From assembly GCA_028534125.1 (NCBI GenBank), contig CM052817.1, forward strand, positions 49,168,001-49,232,000: a DNA stretch of 64,000 nt, in the 5' to 3' direction. The notes below the pieces were generated by a model. That model did not search any database and was not told the DNA's origin. It saw nothing but the letters and a program-made list of their open reading frames with translations. The stretch is from Lama glama. Taxonomy: Eukaryota. Made by a program: the position numbers and the translations under genes. Below, in pieces: positions 11,951-25,829 of the stretch; positions within the stretch are counted from its first letter, which is position 1, and each line of letters begins with the position of its first letter.

Positions 11951-14900
11951 CCAGTATATTCCCAAGCTATTAGTCTGTACAATGAAGGAAGGATCACATT
12001 TGAAAACAATATATTATTGAAGTTTTGGTATTGTGTTCTGCATCAATAAATTCTTACTGGATTTTAATGGACAGAATTATATTTTCAGTTTTTAAATTTA
12101 ATATATAAGAAGAATTCCAAAATCCTTAACAGATCAAAACACAGGCATGCCTAGAACTGGGAAGCAGTTATGAACTACCTTAGACAACACTTTGTTATGT
12201 AATTGTGTTGATCGGCCCTGGCATTTGGCCAGTGAAATTTCCAGATAGTGAGAACATTCTGACATGAGTGATAATGAGATGCTATGTGATATGGTTGCCA
12301 AAAAACAACACTATCCAAGCCAACTTTCACACTCTCATGTGGCTCCTGTAAAGAGTGCGTGAAACTCAAAGAAATGAACATGAGCCTAATTTTATGTTTC
12401 ATGGCTTATTGTAGACAAAACAACTCTTGGATCCTGAAAGCCAATAAGACATATTAGATTTTTGTTTGAAGAGAAAATAATCTTGCTAAGTACAATGACA
12501 CTAAAGAGGTATGAATGCTTTTCAAACTGAGTTCATGCGTATTTTCTCGCTTTGTCCTGATTTTCAAACACCATGCAAAATGATTTACAAAATCATAATA
12601 CAGTTCAATAAGGGTTTTTTGTAAAAATTCTAAAATGAAAAAAGAGTTTATTCTCTCCTCTTTCCCTCTCAAATTTCCTTTTCCCTACAATGTTAGTGTA
12701 CTCTTGACCCTTCCATCTCACTACACATGTTAAAAATAATCCCAATAACTTTACCATATCTCCTGATAATTTTGAATTTAGAAAAAATGCATGAAACTCT
12801 TACAGGCAATAAGTTAGACAATCAGTTTGTTTCTTTGCTTTAAAAAGGCTTATTCAATTTTTTAAAAATACCTTTTTAAAGAGCTAAGCTTTGGAATTTT
12901 AACCAGAGTGTAATAGCTTGAGATAAAATACTATTAGGACCTTCTACCTTGTGAAATTAAAAGAACTGTTGAAAACACAGTCAAGTTAGAAAGTCTAAGT
13001 GACAAAAACGGGCAGCATGAATTGAGCAGAGGCATTCAGAGCTGGAAACTGATTTCTAATTCTGCCTAAGTAGCTATGTAATCACAGAAAACTCACTTCA
13101 TTGTTCTTCTTCCTTACAATGGAAATAAACACATCTTGTCTAAGTATAATTCTCCTCAATCACCAACTCACTTCTGTTGAGAGGAGTGTTAAAAATTGCC
13201 AAATATGATTCTCCTGTAAATACAGATGCCTGCTGGGAAAAAGCAAAAATGTCTCCAGAGGAAGGAGATAATGCAGATGTTTAAGGAGGTGATTTGCAGG
13301 GAGTTGAAAGACTTATTCTAGGAAACTCAGGGCTCCAAGAGAAAGTGTACCAACAAACAACGTGGTTGTTACATATCATGTTATGATCTAGCATCAGAAA
13401 GTCGGTGTCATTTCTGACATATTCTTTTAATTAAAGCCATCACAAGCCTACCCATACTCAAGGGGAGGTGGCAAAGACCTCCTTATATTAAGAATGTTAA
13501 AAAATTTATAGCCATGTTGTTTTTAAACCACCAAAATAATGTTAATAATAATTAAACACAATTTCATATTGCAGTTGAAATCTTCATTGACTTTTATTTT
13601 ATTCACTGGAATAAAATATATCATTATGTGTTAATTGTTGCTTTTTTTTCCTCTATTGATTCTAAATAAAAGCACAGTGGGAAGGGATAGCCATTACTCC
13701 CCTGTGTTTTCTTTCTAGTATTGAAATCACACAAAACTACACTGTGAACTGTCATAAGAGAAGAACGTTTGCAGGTGAGAGATGGCTAGCACGCATACTA
13801 GCCTTCATAGTAAGAATACCTTTATACGGCCCTCACCTTTGACTCTCAAAAGCACAAGCAGAGGCTCTGTAAGACAGCTGATTCCTGCTGTCAGTAAAAG
13901 AAGAACGAAGTCCTGATTAAAAGCATTAGGTGCCTGTGTAGAAATAGGAGCAAGAAGGTCAACCTCCTGTGACATAATTAAAAAAACAGCAAACAGCTAG
14001 AGCATGTCACAAAGTGAAAAGCATCCGTCACTGCACAGCCTCACTGTCCCCATTCTCTGCCAGACTGGGCTTTCATGGTGCTGCTGTTCCTTACCTTTCA
14101 CCTCCTCTTCAGCTTAGTCCTCCAGAATTTTTAATCTGATGGTTAGTCTTACTTTAGTTGGAAGAAATGTATTCCTGGCTATTACTTGCTCATAAGCTTT
14201 AGAGAGTCATACTCTGGCCCTTCTCCGGCTACACCTGTCTGCATGGGGCAAAGAGTCTGTGGATCCAGGGAGTCTGTCCCTCCTTCTTGATCATGTTTTG
14301 GGGTCCCAAATCCTGGAATCCCCTGCTCCCAGAGCCCTTGCTCACTCCCAGATCTATGAAGATTTCTTTCTAGGTCCTTCCTCCTCAGGGCAAATCTCCG
14401 CTGGAGGCATGTTTACCCCAAGGCATGAAGGATGGTCAAGTGGTGGTTTTTTGTTTGGAACAAGGGCTGTGGACAGAGCTTGAACTTGTGGCATAGTTTG
14501 TCCAGATACATTTATATGAAGCCCTTTGGGGTGGCAAATGGAGCTAGGTTGGGCTATGAGCCAAGGCTCCCATTTGTACCTTGTGTCCTGACCAAGTAGA
14601 TGTTAGAAGTGGGCCAGTCTAAGCTTGTTTTTTATTTGGTAAAAATAAAAAATAGTAACTTATAAAATGACTCTCCTTCCTCTTCTCTCTTTACATTGAC
14701 ATGTTAGCTTATTTTACTGCCACATGAGTCAGTAAAGATGAAAATGTTAACATACTTCTGCCTATGTGTATTATTATTTGTCTGAATAAAAGTTATAGGA
14801 TGTCCAGTCATCAACAGGGCACTCACCACTCTTGTTACTCCAAGTGGGAACACTGAGTACACATTCCAGACAGTTATTGTTCACAGCGATTAAGACACAT

Positions 14901-15007
14901 AAGATATTTTGTTTTGTACAATATTTTGTGAAGTTAATTATTTCTAGGAAAAGTGTTTTGTTTAGGCTGGTTGAGAACTATGGAACAGGTAAAATTAGAC
15001 AATGTGT

Positions 15008-15428
15008 TCTGGAGATCTTCATTCTAAGTGAAGTAGGTCAGAAAGGGAAAGAAAAATACCATATGATATCACTCATATGTGGAATCTAAAAGAAAAAGAA
15101 AAACTTATTTATAAAACAGAAATAGAGTCACAGACAAAGAAAACAATCTTATGGTTACCAGTGGGGGAAGGGGGTAGGAAGGGATAAACTGGGTGTTCGA
15201 TTTGCAGATACTAACTAATATATATATAAGCTAGATAAACAACAAGTTCATACTGTATAGCACAGGGAACTATATTCAATATCTTGTAGTAACTTATGGT
15301 AGAAAAGAATATGAAAATGAATACATGCATGCTCATACATGACTGAAGCATTATGCTGTACACCAGAAATTGACACAACATTGTAAACTGACTACACCTC
15401 AATAAAAGTATCTATATACAAAAAAAAA
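15008..15428 (+). mobile_element. 5'-truncated cetartiodactyl-type L1 3' end with poly(A)
   Basis: ATTCTAAGTGAAGTA, CTGTATAGCACAGGGAACTATATTCAATATC, GCTGTACACCAGAAATTGACACAACATTGTAAACTGACTA, AATAAA, A-tail. Confidence 0.85.
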
Positions 15429-16699
15429 TCAATCACTCACATTAGCAGAGAGAGGGATATTTAATTATTTTTGCAGTACCACTGTGTTCTTGTTTTTTGT
15501 CTGGGCTTAGACATAATTACAGAGTGGTCTTGTTTTGACTCATTTATCCAGTCACAGAGTGATTTCAGCTGATATTAGTGTTCTGTGAAATCTTTTATAC
15601 TAAATAGAAAACATGGCCAAGGTGATAATGCTAGGCCAGTCGCCAGCTGACAACTATCAAAGCTAGTATTTTCCTTCCCAAGATTAACATGCATAGTGTG
15701 ATATCATTTTACCAAAAACATATCATAGACAACAATATCAATAAATAATAGATATGTTGTATGTATCCATGTAATATATATATATACATGCACATATACA
15801 TACCCATACACATATTCATATTAGAGTGTATGTTGGTATATATGTGTAGGAGCATAGAAATAGGAAAAATGCACAACAAATGATTAACATTAGGCAGGGG
15901 ATGGGAGAGTACTAAAAGTCTGAGAAGAAGGGAAGGAAAAATTATCAAATTTATCACTAAATAACTCTGAAATAACTTTGAATTATTTTCATTAAACAAC
16001 TGGTTGTCATGACCATGTTTGTGCAATAGTTGTAAATCTGAATGCAAAAGCTAATAAAAATTAAAAGACAAAAGAAAAAGACCAATTTTTAGGAACTGGA
16101 ATTCCTAAAATTATTAAAACTAAATATAAATTTCTTAATCATACATTCTTAAGGAGTAATTTAATTATAACCTGGGACCAGGAATACCCAGTTTTCCAAT
16201 AAAACCCCAGAGTTGAGAGTGGGAGAAAGTGGGAAGTAAAAATTCTCAGGAGCCGAAGTGACTCAAGAGTTCGGGACTTCCAGCCTAATATGTCCTGTAA
16301 AAATCACTGGTGTGCCAGGAACAATGAATTTGGGTGAGAAATGAAGCTGGGCCACTTACCTTTTTATCATCTCACTGGGACATGGAATAGTTTATTAAGG
16401 GGGATAAAGAATGGAAAGTGTAAGCCACAGACTCCTCCATTTAGCTGAGATGGTAGCTACCAGGTAAAGCAGAATTTAAAGTGGAAGGAGTGGAAGGGCA
16501 GCGTGCTGCAGAGCAGGGACCTTTGCACTTACAGTCAGGAAGCCCCGAGTCTCCTGCCAGTTTTGCTGCTTTCCTCTGTCGTCTGCAGCACGATTTTAGG
16601 TGTATCACTTACCATGTCTTAGTTTTAAACTTTCCATCAGTATTGAGGAAACGAGAAAAAGGGTGTTTGATGTTCCAACAACAAATAATTCTATAATAT

Positions 16700-17487
16700 C
16701 AACTGAAGGCTCTACAACTCAATTCACTCCTAACACTAATTAAGCTCACAGGGGAAGCTCAGAGTTGGCTCAGACCTCATAGGTTAAGGGCTCAGTCCCA
16801 CAAGACGGCCCCCACTCAGTTGCCAGCCACAGATGGGGCCCCCAGGCAACTTGTACTTCAGCCCAGGCAACTATAAATTCAGGGGGGTTCCCACAATGCA
16901 CACCTTGGATTCAAAAATTTGCTGGAATGACTTACAAAACTCAGGAAAATCCTATATTTAGAACTGTAGTTTTATTCTAAAGTCTACAACTCAGGAACAA
17001 CCAAATGGAAGAGGCTCATAGGACAAGGAATTGAGGGGGTAGGAGTGTGCAGAACTTCTGTGCCCTCTCTGGGCATCCTCTTCCCATTAAGTCAATGTGT
17101 TCACCAATCCGGGAAGTTTCCTTAACCTTGTTGCTTCAGAGTTCTTAATCAAAGTTCTATTACACAGACATGGTTAGTTTAATCATTAGTCATTGGTGAC
17201 TGAACCCAATCTCTAGTTTCTCTCCCCTCCAGGGAGGTTGGGGGTGGGACTGAAAAATTCTAACTCTCTAATCTAGTGGCTGGTTTTTCTTCTACCAACC
17301 AGTCCCACAATGAAGCTATCCAGGTGCCCCCCAGGAGTCACTTCATAAGCATAAACTCAGGTATGGTCAAAAGGATCTCATTAAGAATGACAAGACATTC
17401 TTGCCACTCCGGGGATTCCAAGGGTTTTAGGAGCTCTGTGCCAGGAACCAAAAAAAGTCCAAATATGTATTTTTAAATTATACCACA
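16700..17487 (-). mobile_element. MER21-like LTR
   Basis: GGTTAAGGGCTCAGTCCCACAAGAC and GATTCCAAGGGTTTTAGGAGCTCTGTGCCAGGAACC; terminus ATACCACA. Confidence 0.8.
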
Positions 17488-19579
17488 AAGGGCAATCAAC
17501 TAGATTATTTCAAAGTACCCTTACAGTTCTAAACATTCTGCTATTAAGTTTTATTAATATTCCTGTTTATAAAATCAGGTTCAATACCACTGAGCACATA
17601 ACCCCATGGTTTTGGTGCGTGAGGACTATATGAATCTTAACACAAAGACAGGAAGAAAATGGTTACTCTGCATTCCTTGCCACAATCACAAAAAGAAAAC
17701 ATTCTCAATGCAAAGGAAAATTTTCAAGATTAGTTAGAAAGAAATAGAAATGGAAACAAAAATAACAATTTGCACGGTGGAGGAAGAAAACAAGTTAATG
17801 CAATAAATTGCATTAATTCTGACATCTCTGTAGATTTTAATATATCTTAGACTTTAAAAAATAATAGCAACTTGTTTTCCCCACAAATAATTCAAATAAA
17901 TAGAAAAAATAAAGTTTCTGAGAGGGCTACTTAAATTGTTAAGATGATTCAACAATCACAATTATACATACATATTCATGAACAAAAAAACAAAAATAAT
18001 GACATACTATTCACAACAATTTTACTAGCCATCAAAACACAAATTCCCAGAGTACTACACTAATCTCTTTTTTTACAAATTTAACATAATATTAGCCTTT
18101 AGTTCCTATAAGCTTTGTTATTTCTTTTAAATTACAGAAGTCCAAATTGTAAAAAGAATGCAAAAAAAAAAAAGAGAGGAAAAAATAAATTGGCCTTAGT
18201 CCTGATGAATCAAACACAGTGAGAATTTTCTGTTCTCATGTTTTTGCCACACTATTGTGTTTTTGGGAACTGCAGCTGGAGATTTGTCACTTCAGGATAC
18301 ATAGGCAACTATAGTAAGGACTTAACTCCTGGCCTTGAAAGCAAAGTAGATGTATTTTTCTCTAGATCGTTTCCTGTACATTCTCTCATGACCAGTAACC
18401 AGTGATCATAAAGTCACTGACAAGAACTTTACTGTTAACTGGAAAATAGCCATACAATAGAGCTTGGTGGCTAAACTTCCAGTTATTCCAAAATGTATCA
18501 AAGACATCTTATATTTCAATCCATATATAAAGTCATGTTTATACCACCTTCTTGGAAAAAAATAAGGAACTGACTTGCCAAAGTTACGAGAAAAAAGCAA
18601 GCCTTTCCAAGCTGATTAAAGGAAATTTTTTTAAAAAACTAATTTCTTTTAAAATTTTATTTGTTCTTTCACGATAGTTATATATTTTTATAAGCGATTC
18701 AGTTTGAAAAATTTTACTACTCATTTTCAATATTTTTCTATAAGCATAGTTAAATAATTTTGATATTAATCATTAGAGTTGCATGAAATAAAACTGTGTG
18801 CTGTGCTTAAACAAATATGATTTTATATTCAGGCAAAATATTTATTATATCTTTTCCTGTATCTCAGTATTCTCTTTCTTTAACTTCTTCTTTTCCCCTT
18901 CCATAAATAGGAGGACACAATTTTTCGAGATGAAAGAAAAAATAGAGATCAGAGAATTCATTTCTAATAGTTTCTCATAGCAGGTTATAAATTGGAGAAA
19001 CATAAATTGCATGTGTATTAGCTCACATTCCAATCAATACTTGTTCTCCAAGTTAAGAGTGGACAATTTATGGTTGCTATGTTTCTTATTATAAAGTTGG
19101 TTTTCTGAATTTTAGGAATAAGGCATCAATTCTTTATTCATTAAATTCTATAAAGTGTTATTTCTTTTTCTAATTATTTGCAATGTATGTGATTACCTAG
19201 CCTAGCGGTTTTCAGACTTTCTTGTGCATAAGAAACATCTAGAGGAAAAAAAGACTAACGATGCCTTGGCATTTCTTCAGCAAGAATTTTTTTTTAAATA
19301 ATGTTTTCTAAATTTCATTTTCCCCTGAAAACTGCTTTCTGTATAGGTGACATCTCTAATTAATGACAGTGAAGTTGAGAAAAATATACAGAAGTTTCAA
19401 CCACAATTTTATCAGTATTATTTTGTAGCCAAAATGTAGTGAAATCAGAAACATATAATTGTTGCAAGTGAGATGTCATTCTGGCTTCCAGTTGTCAGGA
19501 AATTTTCAACTTCTTTTGAAACCGAAGGTAGTCATCAGTTAGATCTCTTAAACTATAACTTGCTTAATAAATAATGTGT

Positions 19580-20171
19580 TGTAACCTGCCTTCATTGACC
19601 AAGTTTGCTTTGTTCTTAAAAATTGCATACCCTGCGAGTTTCACATACCTTAGATAATATATCACAAGATTCCTTTAACACTCCCTGTAGTTAACACCTC
19701 TGACGTATGAGTTACTATAGTAACTGCCCCTTAAGGTGTTTTTCTGGAACAGTCTTGCTCAGGTCAAACCACATGACACCACTGACCATTAAACTGACCT
19801 GGGTCAGTGTCTGATGGATGACCTTTTGATTTCAAAGGGCCAGGACTTCCACCTTCAGATAATGTTAATGCCCTGGTATTCTGAACACGAGTCCCACGAG
19901 GATGCTTGTAACTCAGATCTAAGTCTGTGCAGAGCAGCGATTACCTCACCTTTCCCTGCCTTCCCTTTCACCTTCCCTTTCACCTCCAACCACCCTGCTT
20001 CTCTAGCCCATAAAAATCCTCAGTTCCTTGACTTCGGGGAGACTGATTTGAGACTTGTTCACCCACCTTCTGGATTGGCTATCTATGTATAAACCCTTTC
20101 TCTGCCGCAAACCTCCGGGTCTCAGCATTTAGCTTGCTGTGCAAGGGGTGGACAGACCTGGGTCAGCAACA
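19580..20171 (+). mobile_element. ERV1-like solo LTR
   Basis: TGTAAC...CAACA termini; CATAAAAA; GGGAGACTGATTTGAG and AAACCCTTTCTCTGCCGCAAAC U5-type motifs. No clean TSD. Confidence 0.7.
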
Positions 20172-21044
20172 CTCTGACCTTCATTTCTTTATAAAATGAA
20201 GGTCACAGAACTTTTGTGAGGATTCAACAACAAGCTATTTGTAAAAACACTTTCAAAACCATAACAGACAAATGTGTATCACTTGACAGATGTGAAAGTT
20301 AATCTTAGGTTAAAGCAGATCTCAGGCATGGCTTCTTTCCATGTAGTTTATCTGGCCTTAAGGTATGCTGCCCCCATGAGGATGGTAGCTGATAACACTG
20401 ACTAGGTATGATGAGTCCAAATTATTAGGATTTGTTGACAGAATAAAAATAAAAATCATTTAGATGTACCTGTGTATGTTAACTACCTTCTTGTATTTAC
20501 ATATATATAACATAAACATACAGATATAAAAAATCAATATATGTCTTCAAGTTCATTCATTCCTTTTTCCATACTGTGTCTTATCTTCTGTTAAATCCAT
20601 ACAATGCATTTTTAGTTCTAGGTATTGTAATCTTCATCTCAGGAAGTTTGATGTGGATCTCTTTTTAGATCTCTTATTTCTCTCCTCACATACTTATGCT
20701 TACCACCATCTCTTTGATGGTAAGCTTTTTATAATAGCTGTTATAAAGTCCTTGTCAACTAGTTCTATAATCTGTATCATTATAGTGAGTTTGTCTATTG
20801 AAAGAGATGTCATATATCATGTTAAAAGTCACATATTTGTAGTTTATTAAATATCTCACAACTTTTCCTGTCAAGAGCTGGATTTTTCTGTATTCCTTTA
20901 GGTATACGGCTTTTTTATTCTGGTAGTGATAATTTTTCAACTTGATGCATTAGAAGCTTGCTATTAAGTTAATTAAATCATTCAGAGCATACTTTATTTT
21001 AGGGTAAATTTAGTCCCATCACTGAAGAAATACAAATTTAAAGA

Positions 21045-22230
21045 CTGCATTTCCTCTTTGGAAAAAGGTCTATTTGATTCTTCTGCCCATTTTTTAAATC
21101 AAGTTACAAACGGGTTGTTTTGTTTAGCCTAAAGTTCAAGTTAAATCATATATAAGCCAGAATGACTTCCCCATAGTTTAATATATGAAAATTTCTTCCA
21201 TCAGTGGTGAAGTCATTCAATATATGTATATCCTTTTTAAGTCAATTTTTTCTTTAATAAACTTGATTTTTAGAAAATGCTTTTTTGTTTTGGTTAGGTC
21301 TTAGTAATGTATAATACATATCAAATATTTTCTTATCTGAGTTATTCTTTTCCCATGAGTATCACATGTATTGCTGTGAAAAACTTTACTCCAAAATTTA
21401 GTAAATAACAATCATTTTGTTTTCTATCAGTTTTGTGGGTTAGTAGTTTGTGCTGGGCTAAGCAGTTCTGCTGATTTCATTAGATGTCCCTCATTCTGTT
21501 AGACTTTGAGACTCTCCTTGTGATGGTTAATTTTATGTGTCAACTTAACTAGGCCACAGTGGCCACATATTTGATCAAAAATTCCAGATGTTTCTGTAAA
21601 CATGTTGTGTATTTTGGATGGGATCAACATTTAAATTGGTGGACTTTGAGTAAAGCAGATAACCCTCCATAATATGCATGAGCCTCATTCAATTAGTTGA
21701 AAGCCTTAATAGAACAAAGACTGACCTTGCCTAAGTAAGACAGAATTCTGCCAGCAGACTGCTTTTGGACTTGAACTGCAATTCTATCTGGGTCTCCAGA
21801 CTGCTGTCCTACTCAAAATATTATGTACCTACCAAGCTACCACATTTGCATGAGCTAGTCCTTAAAATAAATTGTTCTATTTCTCTCTCTCTTTCTCTTT
21901 CTCTCTCTCTTTCTCTTTCTCTCTCTCTCTATAGATAGATAGATAGAAATATATATCTATCTATATAGATTTAATGACAGAGCCAGAATTTAAATGTAGA
22001 ATGTAGGCTATCTGAGTACAGAAACTGATCAAATGTTTAACCATAATCTGATTAAAGGGTAATTTTAAAAAAGTATCATCTTTTTATGCCCTGTGAATTT
22101 GGGGAGAAGTCATTCTGGCTTATATATGATTTAACTTGAACTTTAGGCTAAACAAAACAACCTGTTTTTGTAACCTGATTAAAAAATGGGCAGAAGAATC
22201 AAATAGACATTTTCCAAAGAGGAAGTGCAG
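21045..22230. repeat. 125-bp inverted repeat pair (21045-21169 / 22106-22230)
   Basis: The arms are reverse complements, the inner 57 nt identical and roughly 93% overall. Each arm is half unique sequence and half L1 ORF2. Confidence 0.9.
21519..21980 (+). mobile_element. MLT2-family solo LTR with (CT)n/(GATA)n
   Basis: TGTGATGGTTAATTTTATGTGTCAACTT start; GAGTAAAGCAGATAACCCTCCATAAT. Confidence 0.85.
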
Positions 22231-22893
22231 ATGGTCAACAGGCACATGAAAAGATGTTCAGTATCAATAATCATCAGAGGAATGCAAATCAAACCACAAT
22301 GAGATATCACCTTACACCTGTCAGAATGGTTATCATCCAAAAGAACACAAATAACAAACATTGATGAGGATATGAAGAAAAGGGAACCCTTGTACACTGT
22401 TTGTGGGAATCTAATGATGCAGCCACTGTGGAAAACAGTATGGATAATTCTCAACAATTCTACTCAACCATAAAAAAAGAATGAAATGTGTTGCAGCAAG
22501 ATGGATGGACTTGGAGGCCATTATGCTAAATGAAATAAGTCACACAGAGAAAGGTAAAATACTGTACGATATCACTTACATATGAAATCTAAAAAATACA
22601 ACAAAATAGTGAATATAATAAAAAAAAAAAAAAGAAGACTCACAGATACACAGAAGAAACTAGTGGTTACCAGTAGGGAGAGGGAAAGGGAGAAGGGCAA
22701 TAGAGGGGTAGGGGAGTAAGAGGTACAAACTGTTAGGTATAAAATAGGCTACAAGGATATATTCTACAACATGGGGAATATAGCCAACATTTTATAATAA
22801 CTATAAATGGAGTATGATTTTTAAAAATTATGAATCACTATATTGGACACCTGTAACATATAATATTGTAAAACACTTATACTTCAAGAAAAA
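22170..22893 (+). mobile_element. L1 ORF2 3' end + 3'UTR (internally deleted)
   Basis: AAAAAATGGGCAGAAGA...CAGCCACTGTGGAAAACAGTATGG...GAAATAAGTCACACAGAGAAAG...ATACTTCAA. Confidence 0.85.
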
Positions 22894-22962
22894 TCAGCCT
22901 GTTTGTGCCTCATTAAGCATACATTGTACGTCTGCTTTAAACATTAAAAAGAATGCATTTTA

Positions 22963-23950
22963 TACCAGTACCATGCTGTCTTGATGACTGTAGCTCTATA
23001 GTATTGTCTGAAGCCTGGGAGAGTTATTCTTCCAGCCTCTTTCTTTCTCTTCAGTAATGCTCTGGCAATTCTAGGTCTTTGATGGTTCCATATAAATTTT
23101 ATTATGATTTGTTCTAGTTCTGTGAAATATGTCCTGGGTAATTTGANNNNNNNNNNNNNNNNNNNNNNNNNNNNNNNNNNNNNNNNNNNNNNNNNNNNNN
23201 NNNNNNNNNNNNNNNNNNNNNNNNNNNNNNNNNNNNNNNNNNNNNNNNNNNNNNNNNNNNNNNNNNNNNNNNNNNNNNNNNNNNNNNNNNNNNNNNNNNN
23301 NNNNNNNNNNNNNNNNNNNNNNNNNNNNNNNNNNNNNNNNNNNNNNNNNNNNNNNNNNNNNNNNNNNNNNNNNNNNNNNNNNNNNNNNNNNNNNNNNNNN
23401 NNNNNNNNNNNNNNNNNNNNNNNNNNNNNNNNNNNNNNNNNNNNNNNNNNNNNNNNNNNNNNNNNNNNNNNNNNNNNNNNNNNNNNNNNNNNNNNNNNNN
23501 NNNNNNNNNNNNNNNNNNNNNNNNNNNNNNNNNNNNNNNNNNNNNNNNNNNNNNNNNNNNNNNNNNNNNNNNNNNNNNNNNNNNNNNNNNNNNNNNNNNN
23601 NNNNNNNNNNNNNNNNNNNNNNNNNNNNNNNNNNNNNNNNNNNNNNAACAAACAAGAACAAAGCATAAATATAGGACAGAAATAGACTCATAGACAGAGA
23701 TTACAGACTTGTGGTTGCCAGGAGGGTGGAGGGTGGGAAGGGATAGACTGGGATTTCAAAACTGTAGAATAGATAAACAAGGTTATACTGTATAGCACAG
23801 GGAAATATACACAAAATGTTATGGTAGCTCACAGAGAAAAAAAGTGAGAATTAGTGTGTATATGTCCGTGTATGACTGAAAAATTGTGCTGAACACTGGA
23901 ATTTGACACATTGTAAAATGATTATAAATCAATAAAAAATGTTAAAAAAA
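22963..23950 (+). mobile_element. Young 5'-inverted L1 spanning the 500-N gap
   Basis: Antisense ORF2 ([21 protein letters not shown]...KTAWYWYK) to 23146; sense 3'UTR + poly(A) from 23647. TSD AAAAAG(A/C)A(T/G)GCATTTTA at 22946-62 and 23951-67, after a TT|AAAA site. Confidence 0.85.
23147..23646. other. Assembly gap (500 N)
   Basis: Run of N. Confidence 1.
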
Positions 23951-23980
23951 AAAAAGCAGGCATTTTAAAAATCAAAATGT

Positions 23981-24418
23981 TGTAAGTATGGTTCAGGCAT
24001 TGAGTGGTCATTGTAGAAATGGTTTCAGACACATTCCTGCATCACTGAGAACTTGAATTTTCTAAACATTATCAGACTCAAGGACATCACAATTCTTCCT
24101 CAAAACAGTATCTGCTAGCAGCTGCCAACTTCAGCCCTCTAGTCTAAAGGTCTCCCTTTTAAATGCAACCATTTCAGACACCAACCAAATCTTGCCTAAC
24201 AAGTACCCTTCTTGCCAACTCCAGTTATAATTGTTGACAACAACTTATGTAATTTTGCAGTTCTTGCCTTTATAAACCTTCCCCATTTTGTAGACAAGTG
24301 GAACACAATTCAAGTGCCTCTTGCATCTGTGTCTCTTGGGCTATAGTTCTCAGTTTGACTCAAATGAAACTCTCCTCTATTTCTATTTTGGATTGTTCAT
24401 TGATTATTTCCATCAACA
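23981..24418 (+). mobile_element. ERV1-like solo LTR
   Basis: TG start, TATAAA, CTTGGGCTATAGTTCTCAGTTTGACTCAAATGAAACTC U5-type motif, ends TCAACA. Confidence 0.6.
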
Positions 24419-25610
24419 TTACCTACACAAATTATGACAAAATAATTCATAAGAATAATGTAAATCAAACATACATACACACACACACTAACAACTGCAC
24501 ACACATCGGCTTTGGGCAGAAAAAAAGTTTTTGGTTCCATTGTTGTCTTTTGTCACAAGAATTAGAAAAAGACAATAGAATATGATCTAATAGATAGTTC
24601 GTGAAAATTGTGGGGATCAAAGAAACCAGTTATCACTGATGCTGTCATCCAGGTGTGAAGGTGAAAAATATATTACTAGATGTACAAGAATTCAGAAAAC
24701 TTTTTTACTTGTAGGCTTGCCTTGAAATATTTGCTTAGACTTACTCTAGCTGATAGGTAAATTATATTAGCAATTCAAAGATGGAGAAAGTTTCTATAAA
24801 ACATGAACTGATTCTCTTTTATCTAGCTTGAACCTGAGCTCGTGAATTGAGAAAGACTATCGATAGTCACAAGGAGGCAGTCTAAGAGAATTAAACTTGA
24901 AGAGCTGCTTGGTGCCTCCAATGTTCTTGTTTCCTCTTCATTGTCATCACGCCAGATGAATCTCTGTGGGACTAATCCCTATTTATAATCGGTATGGAAT
25001 TTATCACCGCATCTGTGTATCAATTACAACAATAAATTGTCATGTTCTGTTCCAGTACTTAATTACTAAATATGACTTTCGGGACACTATGAAAAAAGGC
25101 AAAAGTTATTATTTTCCCCTTCAAAATGATTGCACAAAGAAATGTTATTGTAATTTTCATTCCCAAGAGTGTTAGATAATGAAAATGTGCAGCTTTAAAA
25201 TACTTCTTTAATGATCTGAATTAATATCTCTATTAAACTTATAAATGCAATAAAACCACCACGATTTTCCAAAGATGTTTCTTCATTATACAAAGCAATT
25301 CAGTTCTGCCGTAGTTCTTACATTTGAATTAACAGAAACTACTATCACCATTATAGGACTCGGCAAAAAAAAAAAAAAAAAAAAGACACTTCAAATTTTT
25401 AAAATTTTCTTTTTATAATTAATAAAGATAGTAATTATTTTATGTTGCATAAGTTTGAGAGATACTAACTTACTTACTTCTTAATAATAACCCAAGATTA
25501 TTAATCATTACCAGTAATTATTTCAGATACATCCAGACATACTTGGTTGGTATGGGGGTAGAGGGAGCAGCAGAGACCATGACAGCAAAGGCAATACTCA
25601 CATCAAATAG

Positions 25611-25829
25611 TTTCCAGGGAATTAACAGAAGGGTACACCTTTAACAAAGTGTTAATCTGCTTTTGACGTAATGGGTGGGGAATGAAAAGAGTAAAATGAT
25701 CTGTATAAACTTTTCTCCAATTAAGATCGTATTTCTCATCATAAATACTTACTCAACTAGTATCTGCCTAAGTTCAACTTCTTCCTAATGGCAAATAAGC
25801 ACTATTAAAGCTCTGGCTGGAAACTGCAG
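25611..25829 (+). promoter_or_regulatory. Candidate UGT2A1 promoter and short non-coding leader exon (~25770-25829)
   Basis: Non-repeat DNA containing TTTCCAGGGA (25611), TGACGTAA (25664), GGGTGGGG (25673), TATAAA (25704) and CATAAATA (25740), then a strong donor CAG|GTAAGA at 25830. A matching acceptor sits 52 nt upstream of the UGT2A1 ATG. Confidence 0.6.

Noticed and set aside
22944..23691. 193-240 aa ORFs
   Set aside because: Artefacts of the 500-N gap; the real part is L1 ORF2.
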